Assembly (NCBI RefSeq): GCF_006345805.1 | Contig: NC_043012.1 | Location: 34,844,001 to 34,908,000, forward strand | DNA from: Octopus sinensis | Taxonomy: Eukaryota | DNA: 64,000 bases | Direction: 5' to 3' | Part shown: positions 51,897 to 64,000 of the stretch, in pieces | Position numbering within the stretch: position 1 is the stretch's first letter | Layout of the letters: every line of letters begins with the position of its first letter | Made by a program: the position numbers and the translations under genes | The notes under the pieces: generated by a model | The model's database searches: none | What the model was told of the DNA's origin: nothing | Seen by the model: only the letters and a program-made list of their open reading frames with translations

Positions 51897-54800
51897 CACA
51901 GACATACATACACACATACATGCATACATACATGCATATATGCATACATACATACATACATACATACACGCATACATACATACATACATACTACATACCA
52001 TACATACATACATACATGCATACATACATACATATACATACATACATACATACATACATACATACATACACCTACATACACACGTACATACACAGTACAT
52101 ACATACATACATACATACATACACACATACATACACACGTACATACACACATACATACATACATACATACATACATACACACATACATGCATACACACAT
52201 GCATACATACATACATACATACTACATACATACATACATACATACATACATGCATACATACATGCATACATACATACACACATACATACATACATACATA
52301 CATACATGCATACATACATACATGCATACATACATACATACATACAAACATACAAGCATACATACATACATACATATACACATACATACATACACACATA
52401 CATGCATACATACATGCATATATGCATACATACATACATACATACACGCATACATACATACATACATACATACATACATACATACATACATACATACATA
52501 CAAACATACAAACATACATGCATACATACATACATACATACATACATACACACATACATACACATGTACATACACACGTACATACATACATACATACATA
52601 CATACACACATACATACACACGTACATACACACATGCATACATACATACATACATACATACATACATACACACATACATGCATACACACATGCATACATA
52701 CATACATACATACATACATACATACATACATACATACATGCATACATACATACATGCATACATACATACATACATACGTACAAACATACAAACATACATG
52801 CATACATACATACATACATACATACACACATACATACACACGTACATACACACATACATACATACATACACACATACATGCATACATACATACATACATA
52901 CATACATACATACATACATACATGCATACATACATACATGCATACATACATACATACATACAAACATACAAACATACATGCATACATACATACATACATA
53001 CATACATACACACATACATACACACGTACATACACACATACATACATACATACACACATACATACATACATACATACATACATACACACATACATGCATA
53101 CACACATGCATACATACATACATACATACATACATACATACATACATACATGCATGCATACATACATACATGCATACATACATACATACATACAAACATA
53201 CAAACATACATGCATACATACATACATACATACATACACACATACATACACACGTACATACACACATACATACATACATACACACATACATACATACATA
53301 CATACATACATACATACATACATACACACATACATGCATACACACATGCATACATACATACATACATACATACATACATACATACATGCATACATACATA
53401 CATGCATACATACATACATACATACAAACATACAAACATACATGCATACATACATACATACATACACACATACATACACACGTACATACACACATACATA
53501 CGTACATACAAACATACAAACATACATGCATACATACATACATACATACGTACATACACACATACATACACACGTACATACACACATACATACATACATA
53601 CACACATACATGCATAGATACATACATACATACACACATACATGCATACATACATACATACATACACACATACATGCATACATACATGCATATATGCATA
53701 CATACATACATACATACATACACGCATACATACATACATCCATACATACATACATACATACATACATACATACATACATACATGCATACATACATACATA
53801 CATACATACATACATACATACACACATACATACACACGTACATACACACGTACATACATACATACATACATACATACACACATACATACACACGTACATA
53901 CACACATACATACATACATACATACATACATACATACATACATACAACACATACATGCATACACACATGCATACATACATACATACATACATACTACATA
54001 CATACATACATACATACATACATACATGCATACATACATACATGCATACATACATGCATACATACATACACACATACATACATACATACATACATACATA
54101 CATGCATACATACATACATGCATACATACATACATACATACAAACATACAAGCATACATACATACATACATACATATACACATACATACATACACACATA
54201 CATGCATACATACATGCATATATGCATACATACATACATACATACACGCATACATACATACATACATACATACATACATACATACATACAAACATACAAA
54301 CATACATGCATACATACATACATACATACATACATACACACATACATACACACGTACATACACACGTACATACATACATACATACATACACACATACATA
54401 CACACGTACATACACACATGCATACATACATACATACATACATACATACACACATACATGCATACACACATGCATACATACATACATACATACATACATA
54501 CATACATACATACATACATACATACATGCATACATACATACATGCATACATACATACATACATACGTACAAACATACAAACATACATGCATACATACATA
54601 CATACATACATACACACATACATACACACGTACATACACACATACATACATACATACACACATACATGCATACGTACATACATACATACATACACATACA
54701 TACATACATACATGCATACATACATACATGCATACATACATTACATACATACAAACATACAAACATACATGCATACATACATACATACATACATACATAC

Positions 54801-55586
54801 ACACATACATACACACGTACATACATACTACATACATACAACATACATACATACATACAACATACATACACACCTACATGCATACACATGCATACATACA
54901 TACATACATACATACATACATACATACATACATGCATATACATACATACATGCATACATACATACATACATACAAACATACAAACATACATGCATACATA
55001 CATACATACATACATACACACATACATACACACGTAACATACACACATACATACATACATACACACATACATACATACATACATACATACATACATACAT
55101 ACATACATACACACATACATGCATACACACATGCATACATACATACATACATACATACATACATACATACATACATACATGCATACATACATACATGCAT
55201 ACATAATACATACAAACATACAAACATACGCATACATACATACATACATACACACAACTACACACGTACATACACACATACATACATCATACAAACATAC
55301 AAACATACATGCATACATACATACATACATACATACATACACACATACATACACACGTAAACACATACATACATACATACCACATACATGCATACATACA
55401 TACATACATACACACATACATGCTACATACATACATATCATACATACAATACATACATACATACATACATCACTACATACATACATAACATACATACATA
55501 CACACATACATACATGCATACATACATACATACAACACATACATAACATACAAATACATACAAACATACAAGCATACATACATACA

Positions 55587-55618
<32 letters not shown>

Positions 55619-56222
55619 CACGTACATACATACACACATACATGCATACATACATACATATATACATACATACATAGACGCATACATACATACATACATA
55701 CATACATACATACATACATACATACATGCATACATACATACATACACACACACATACATGCATACATACATACATACACACATACATACATGCATGCATA
55801 CATACATACACACACACATACATGCATACATACATACACACATACATACATGCATACATACATACATACACACACATACATGCATACATACATACATACA
55901 CACATACATACATGCATGCATACATACATACACACACACATACATGCATACATACATACACACATACATGCATACATGCATACATACATACATACACACA
56001 CACATACATGCATACATACATACACACATACATGCATACATGCATACATACATACATACATACATACACACATACATACATACATACATACATACATACA
56101 TACATACAAACATACAAACATACATACATACATACATACATACATACATACATACATACATACATACACATATACATACATACATACATACACACATGCA
56201 TACATACATACATACATACATA
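51852..56222. repeat. 4.4-kb (CATA)n-based modular array
   Basis: Seen directly; source of the 1510-aa and 1088-aa pseudo-ORFs. Confidence 0.97.
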
Positions 56223-56364
56223 TTCATTTGCAAATTGACAAGAAGGTAGAAAGAGAAAGCGAACGAGAATGTAAAAATGTTCATGACGATGGCACGAAAA
56301 CTTTTAATTAAAACCATTGGGTTTGGTTAATTTTTGCCAAATAGTAAGGAACGCACGCACACAC

Positions 56365-56427
<63 letters not shown>

Positions 56428-56689
56428 TACACACATTTGCATACACATTGATACACACTTATACACCCACACGGAAGCGCGCACATCTTTCTCACACATG
56501 AACCATTTACATCTCCATCAATCTAATTCCACATGTGTCAATCTCATTATAGATCTTAAACCTCACCTCCAAATTTGCCACATGTAAGCCAATATCAAAT
56601 GTGGTTACCCCATTACACAGTAAGAAGCTTCTCGGTTTTTTTTTTCTAATATAGAAAATTGCGGCATTAATAATTACACACACATACAT

Positions 56690-57043
56690 GTGTACACACA
56701 TACACATATATGAATTTATGTGCATATGTGTGTGTGTCTATGTGCGTGTATGTGTGTGTCTATGTGTATGTGTGTGTGTGTGTGTATGTGTATGTGTGTG
56801 TGTGAGTGAGTGTCTGTGTATGTGTATGTGTGTTAGTGTGTGTGTGCGTGTATGTGTGTGAGTGTGTGTGTATGTGTGTGTATGTTTATGTGTATGTGTG
56901 TGTTAGTGTGTATGTTTATGTGTGTGTGTGTGAGTGTGTGTGTGTATGTGTATGTGTGTGTATGTGTGTTGTGTGTGTGAGGGTGTGTGTGTATGTGTGT
57001 GTGTTTGAGTGTGTGTGTATGTCTATGTGTGTGTTGTGTGTGA

Positions 57044-57077
<34 letters not shown>

Positions 57078-57158
57078 GTGTGAGTGTGTGTGTGTGTGTA
57101 TGTGTATGTGTGTGTATGTGTGTTATGTGTGTGTGTGTGTGTGTGTGGTGTGTGTGTG
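56690..57158. repeat. Degenerate (TG)n/(TATGTG)n tract
   Basis: Seen directly. Confidence 0.9.
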
Positions 57159-57602
57159 TATTTAAAGAGAGCTGAAGGGAGAAAGAGAGATATCTACTCT
57201 TGTGAAAGCCGTAGTATTATTTTACAAGCATTTACAGACCAAACTCACCAAAGATCTTCACTGCCCAGTCAACCCTTGTGCGTATGCAAAACGTATTACC
57301 GCTATTTCATTCTCTGTGTTACATCTCACACACACCGTAGCACCGAAGACATTGAATTACTGAATATTTTATAATTATTAACTCGATTCTATAAGAGGTT
57401 GATTCGACCGGTTAAACTTTCCACAGACAAAATGTGTCACTTTTTTCTCCAAATGTTGCACAGCTTGAAAAATATCAGTTTACCGTAACGTCATATTGCT
57501 GCTCTCCACGAAGTTTAGCAAACTAGCTTGATAAAGGGTCGGGGGCCTTTTTGCCTTGTCCCTATTTTTCTTTCCATATAGTATTTCCCATCGGAGACAG
57601 TA

Positions 57603-57684
<82 letters not shown>

Positions 57685-57761
57685 ATGAGATTATAAATAA
57701 AAGGTAACACACACACATCACACACACACATTTTTGTAATTATTTCAGTATACTGCCTGTG

Positions 57762-57796
<35 letters not shown>

Positions 57797-58107
57797 TTCA
57801 TTGATTCTTTACTTTGGCCTAAGTAGTGAATGTAATTAATTATACTGAGTTTTTATTTTAATGTAATAATGATTTTTTTAAATTGATGCAAGACCCAAAA
57901 ACGATTAGGGAAAGCTAGACTCAATTCAACTAATCTCATTATATAATTAATGCTCATTTTAACAATTCTAAATGAAATCAGAAACGCAAGATTGAGATAA
58001 AAGACAAAGCGGAATTTGAACTTGGAATGTTCAAAGGAAGAGACTAAACACTAAACACTTAAAGACCCTTCCCGTTTCATTTTCCCCATTCCTCCTATAG
58101 CATATAT

Positions 58108-58324
58108 ATTTCTTTACTACCCACAAGGGGCTAAACACAGAGGGGACAAACAGATTAAGTCGATTATATCGACCCCAGTGCGTAACTGGTATTTAATTTA
58201 TCGATCTCGAAAGGATGAAAGGCAAAGTCGACCTCGGCGGAATTTGAACTCAGAACGTAACGGCAGACGAAATACGGCTGCGCATTTCGCCCGGCGTGCT
58301 AACATTTCTACCAGCTCGCCGCCT
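58108..58324 (-). mobile_element. SINE family A
   Basis: Family A consensus; flanks share TAGCATATAT. Confidence 0.88.
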
Positions 58325-58583
58325 TTCTTCCTCTAGCATATATTTCTGATATTCTCCTGTTCTACATAGTTTTTATTATTGTTACAAAAAAGGCAAACAT
58401 CCATGAGGAAGTTACGAAACTATAAAGTTGCCGGTACATTAGCACTGAATTCCGATTGTGTCTGTCCGACTTGCAGCAGAATGTTTCGCTCTCGCATTTA
58501 GAAAGTGAAAAACTTCCGGAAACAACGCTTGGGTCTTTTGAAGCCTGGAGTGATGTCATATTCATTATCCTTGTGGATAGGTA

Positions 58584-59934
58584 AGTGAGAATAATAATAA
58601 TACTAAAAAAAGGGCCTTAAAAGCGGCGATCAGCCAGAATTGTTCGCAAACTGGACAAAATGCTTAGCCGCATTTCGTCTAGCAGTGAGTTCAAATTCCA
58701 CCGAGGTCGACTTTGCCTTTCGTCCTTTCAAGGTCGTTAAAATAAGTTCGTCAAGCGCTAGGGGTGATTTAATCGACTTATCATCAACCCCAAAATTACT
58801 GGCCTTGTGCCAAAATTTGAAACCAATATTAAAGAATGGCCTAGTATTCACTACGCCTGCAACTTATAACATGCAAATATCCAACTACATTACATTCACG
58901 TTATTGTTTCAGCAACGTTACTATATTCATTTGTATGTCTGTGTGTCAGTCCATTATAGAGACAATGCCACGCAGCAAAGAAGCAATATTAAAAAGTTCC
59001 TTCATTAGCCAACATAATTCCTTGACGGGTCAACGTGCTCGCTCGACATGCTAGATACAACAGCCAGATCTTCTTCAAATCGTACCTTAGGATAGTGCTG
59101 TCTGATATAGTGTAAAAGAAAGTGGAATGATCACGGCTGAAACGCCTTCGATTATTAGTAGTCTGCTCAATCAGGGAGTGAGAATAATAATAATACAAAA
59201 AAAGGGCCTTAAAAGCGGCGATCAGCCAGAATTGTTCGCAAACTGGACAAAATGCTTAGCCGCATTTCGTCTAGCAGTGAGTTCAAATTCCACCGAGGTC
59301 GACTTTGCCTTTCGTCCTTTCAAGGTCGTTAAAATAAGTTCGTCAAGCGCTAGGGGTGATTTAATCGACTTATCATCAACCCCAAAATTACTGGCCTTGT
59401 GCCAAAATTTGAAACCAATATTAAAGAATGGCCTAGTATTCACTACGCCTGCAACTTATAACATGCAAATATCCAACTACATTACATTCACGTTATTGTT
59501 TCAGCAACGTTACTATATTCATTTGTATGTCTGTGTGTCAGTCCATTATAGAGACAATGCCACGCAGCAAAGAAGCAATATTAAAAAGTTCCTTCATTAG
59601 CCAACATAATTCCTTGACGGGTCAACGTGCTCGCTCGACATGCTAGATACAACAGCCAGATCTTCTTCAAATCGTACCTTAGGATAGTGCTGTCTGATAT
59701 AGTGTAAAAGAAAGTGGAATGATCACGGCTGAAACGCCTTCGATTATTAGTAGTCTGCTCAATCAGGGAGTGAGAATAATAATAATACTAAAAAAAGGGC
59801 CTTAAAAGCGGCGATCAGCCAGAATTGTTCGCAAACTGGACAGAATGCTGAGCCGCATTTCGTCTAGCAGTGAGTTCAAATTCCACCGAGGTCGACTTTG
59901 CCTTTCGTCCTTTCAAGGTCGTTAAAATAAGTTC
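58584..59934. repeat. Tandem duplication, ~592-bp unit, about 2.3 copies; each unit starts with a decayed A2 SINE
   Basis: Unit starts AGTGAGAATAAT at 58584, 59177 and 59769; copies near-identical. Confidence 0.93.
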
Positions 59935-60081
59935 AGAGAAACGCAGTGATATATTCACTTTGAAACAGTTTATAAAACAATACGTTCTACATAAACATAT
60001 GTCAACATCAAACAGGTTTCACCTGAGAGTTGATAGTTTTAAGCATGTTTTACTATGACTGAGAATTTCATTTTTCATTCA

Positions 60082-60300
60082 GAAAATATCCCAAATGAAT
60101 ATAGCTACGCTGGCCGTTATCAGTTTGTGCTGGTCGCCGTCGAAACGTCAGGTGTTGTAGGACCCCATACCACCGATTTCGTCTGCAAGAAAGGGACAAT
60201 GGCAACCAGTCGGAGAAATGAGTCCCGCGAGTTGGAGCGGCTCCTGCAACGAGTGTCGTTGGCCATTCTCCACGGCAACGCCATCGAGGTCAATACCACG
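60082..60300 (+). pseudogene. CRE-clade-like non-LTR retrotransposon RLE C-terminal remnant
   Basis: YQFVLVAVETSGVVG...ERLLQRVSLAILHGNA matches the F.P.A.ET.G..G ... QR.S.A..RGNA pattern. Confidence 0.7.
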
Positions 60301-60779
60301 GGTGCAGCTGAGCACATCATTTGTTCTGGGATATCGCACCCCTCATCTTCCGCTGCTTTATCTCCACCCCGGCACCATCACCACACCACAACACACCTTT
60401 TTCTCCTTTTCTTTCTTTTCCTTTCTTATATCTCTTCTTTCCCGACTCTTTTGTATTCGAATGTTCTAATAAAATAAAGATGTTTCACCGTTAAAAAAAC
60501 ACAAAACATTAAAACGTTTCGTATATTTCACCCATCTCAGCTCCGAATGGAAGCAGCGATGATCCTCACGATAGGTTCATTTGACGAGTCGGGGTTCCTA
60601 CATTCTTACACGACAAACTTGTCCGACAGCTCGGACTCACTTCTTATAAAATGGCGATGTTCAACCTAAATAGAGAAGAGGGATATGGAGTATAACGCTG
60701 GTATTTGTCTAATTGATATCTGGAGAAATGTAAAAGGAAGAAGATTCTGGTGGGATGGTAAAAATATCACGCACACCAT

Positions 60780-60949
60780 CTTGTTTGTTGTTGACACAAC
60801 GTTTCGGCTGATATACCCTCCAGCCTTCAACAGGTGTCTTGGGGGAAATTTTTGAACCAGAGTTCTCATTCTTAAGGTTGTTTTTTTTTTATGTTGTTAT
60901 TATTATTATTAAGGTCACTGTCTGAAATCGAACTCGGAATCTTGGGGTT
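60780..60949 (-). mobile_element. tRNA-headed SINE remnant ending in a minimal hammerhead-like motif (60793-60838)
   Basis: B-box-like GAGTTCGATTTC, AT-rich linker, then GACAC-CUGUUGA-A-GGCUG(loop)CAGCC-GAAAC-GUU-GUGUC. Confidence 0.55.
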
Positions 60950-61250
60950 AAATTCACTCCATAATTGCCCGTAGGTAATTATGGAGTGAATTTTAGGGCT
61001 TATAAATCTAATATTTTTCTATCCTTGCTTAATATTCTCCGAAAGTAAGGCAAGCGAGACAACTCACATTAGGTCCCTTTCTAATAGATGTTTCGTCATT
61101 GTTGTGACTTCTCAATGCCGTGTACTGAATAAGGCCTTGCTGCAAGCCATATCCCCGACCACGACTATATTGATAAACAGATAGATAGACAGACATATGG
61201 ACAGACAAACAGACAGATAGATAGATAAATACATTGATAAGTAGATTGAT

Positions 61251-61295
<45 letters not shown>

Positions 61296-61312
61296 TAGAC
61301 AGACAGACAGAC

Positions 61313-61369
<57 letters not shown>

Positions 61370-61396
61370 TAAGAGAATAAAAGTGTACGTACGCCG

Positions 61397-61429
<33 letters not shown>

Positions 61430-61438
61430 TATATATAT

Positions 61439-61500
<62 letters not shown>

Positions 61501-61621
61501 CAAAATGGGACAAGAACGCAAAACATCCAGAAGACGATACAAAAAACACGGACGGGTCATTCGAAGCCTTTAATCTTCAGTCAAGAACCGGATCATCCTC
61601 ACAATTTCGGCTGATTAATCT

Positions 61622-61713
<92 letters not shown>

Positions 61714-62295
61714 GATAGATAGATAAACTGTTGCGTAAGATACAATTATGTTCTGTATATGATATGGACGGCATCCTGTGTAATACTGTATAACACAACG
61801 CATTCTTTATAACACGGCGGTTTCATTATAGAACATGACCGACTTCCAACATAGTATTCCACATAACACGACTACGTTCCATTTAGCACGGCTACGTTTT
61901 AAACGACTCAGTTCTGTATTACACGAGTGTCTTCTAAGTATTATACAGAACACAATATATGTTCTATATAAGCACGATTGTGTTTTTGTTTAACATTATC
62001 CCGTTATCATACAACTGACTCCCGGTATAATGACCATCCTTTTTTTTCTTCATTGAATCAATTTAGTTACGTCTCATCTCACTTCCTTTCAATTGTTACC
62101 TGTAGCGCTGGAGGATGGTGGATGGCGGTGGTGGTGGTGGGGTGGTGGTGGTGGTGGTGGTGGATGGCGGTGGTGGATGGCGGTGGTGGTGGTGGTGGTG
62201 GTGCATGGGTGATCTGAACATAACAAATCTTCAACATTTCACTTCGCCATCATCATCATCATCATCATCATCAATCATCATCATCATCTCATCAT

Positions 62296-62349
<54 letters not shown>

Positions 62350-62809
62350 CAGCAGCTTCAACGTCGACATCATCGCCACTGTCTTTCTCCTGCTCAGCAT
62401 CAGAATCACCATGATCCCCCTGCCCCTCTCCCCCTCACCTCCTCCTCCTCCTTATCATCATCATCATCATCATCACTACTAAAACCAATACCACTGATTG
62501 ATTTCATGAGGACCCATACTCCATATCTGCACCCACCAAAAAGACACGTTCCTCCCTAACCCCCCCCCCCTCCACTTCTAACCACTGCAACCAAAGCAAT
62601 ATTTTTCCTGCTGTCCCCTACACTATCGTCAACACTACCTTAGCCTCGACTGCTGCAACATATGTCCCCCACATATATCCCCCCTCTCTCACTGCAACTA
62701 TGATCTCCAATTACTCCCCACTACCACTACCACCATCACCACCACTGCCACCACCACCACCACCACCACACCACCACCACCACCACCACCACCAATACCA
62801 CCACCACCA

Positions 62810-63910
62810 CCACCACCACCGGCTCAACCCAGGCCCTACACTCCTTTGAAATCTTCAATCTTTATTAACACCATTATAACCACCACCAACCCCGTCACAC
62901 TGATCTTACACCCCGTCCTCGTCCTCTCCCTCCTTCCCCTCTTCTCCCCCCCCCCAAAGAACTCTCGGTGCAACCCGACCCATCATCAACATCACAACCT
63001 ACCGTTTCCGGTCTTTAGACTCCTGTGCATTTCATGTTTTAGGAATTTAGTGGAGCGAATATCGCATCGTATGTCACCCACCCAGCAACCCCGCCCTTCT
63101 CTCGCCCGACACACAAAAATCAACTGTTTTTGTTGGTCTTCTTCTCTCAACATCCTGCTTTTCTACAAAGGGGATTCATCACAATTTGATCCCTCGCCGC
63201 TTTTATTCGTCGTTCTCTTTACACCACCCCTTTACACAAAATACAATTCTTTTACAACTACCACTACTACCACAACCAACATCACTACTACCACCACGAC
63301 CACCACGACCACCACCACGACCACCACTACCACCACCACCACCACACCACCACCACCACCACCACCACCCACCACCACCACCACCACCACCGGCTCAACC
63401 CAGGCCCTACACTCCTTTGAAATCTTCAATCTTTATTAACACCATTATAACCACCACCAACCCCGTCACACTGATCTTACACCCCGTCCTCGTCCTCTCC
63501 CTCCTTCCCCTCTTCTCCCCCCCCCCAAAGAACTCTCGGTGCAACCCGACCCATCATCAACATCACAACCTACCGTTTCCGGTCTTTAGACTCCTGTGCA
63601 TTTCATGTTTTAGGAATTTAGTGGAGCGAATATCGCATCGTATGTCACCCACCCAGCAACCCCGCCCTTCTCTCGCCCGACACACAAAAATCAACTGTTT
63701 TTGTTGGTCTTCTTCTCTCAACATCCTGCTTTTCTACAAAGGGGATTCATCACAATTTGATCCCTCGCCGCTTTTATTCGTCGTTCTCTTTACACCACCC
63801 CTTTACACAAAATACAATTCTTTTACAACTACCACTACTACCACAACCAACATCACTACTACCACCACGACCACCACGACCACCACCACGACCACCACTA
63901 CCACCACCAC
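62810..63910. repeat. Tandem duplication, ~571-bp unit, 2 copies bounded by (CAC)n tracts
   Basis: Anchor GGCTCAACCCAGGCCC at 62821 and 63392. Confidence 0.93.
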
Positions 63911-64000
63911 CACCACCACCACCACCACCACCACTACTACCACCACAACTACTACTAGTACTATTACTACGACCACAACAACGACCACCGCAACTACCAC

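Noticed and set aside
51785-56317. 1510-aa, 1088-aa and other long MYVC/HTYI, poly-V/C/I/R ORFs throughout the track
   Set aside because: They are stop-free translations of (TATG)n, (CA)n, (TA)n and trinucleotide repeats, with no domain content.
61066-61620. Further hammerhead-like scraps (GTCA-N6-TGAC-GAAAC at about 61085-61115; CTGAAGA at about 61575)
   Set aside because: Core or stem I incomplete; probably Penelope-type debris that I cannot support individually.

Overview
AT-rich eukaryotic DNA made almost entirely of repeats. The mix of tRNA-derived SINE families, (CATA)n/(TA)n/(GATA)n microsatellites, R4/Dong, CR1 and RTE LINE relics and Helitrons resembles a coleoid cephalopod (Octopus-type) intergenic or intronic region; that taxon call is inference. 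No intact conventional protein-coding gene is supported, and nearly all long ORFs in the supplied track are microsatellite read-throughs. Main result: a 957-bp element at 13117-14073 with the layout repeat(374)-unique(209)-repeat(374), inserted in a (TA)n tract. Each repeat carries a complete type I hammerhead ribozyme on the minus strand (CUGAUGA...GAAA...GUC, palindromic stem III). Cleavage at both sites would release a 583-nt unit RNA, which matches a retrozyme or Penelope pseudo-LTR design. Two further degenerate minimal hammerhead motifs are present, one at the 3' end of a tRNA-headed SINE. Other results: one SINE family always sits in CAG/CAA repeats and another retroelement in (TAA)n; a dimeric SINE that moved as one unit; a Merlin-like MITE carrying TTAGGG repeats; a Helitron cluster with a two-way terminator palindrome; a 56-unit 16-bp minisatellite; and a candidate 42-aa secreted micropeptide exon below the ORF-track cutoff. 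SINE family labels A-F are my own working names. All coordinates were read by eye and may be off by a few bases.
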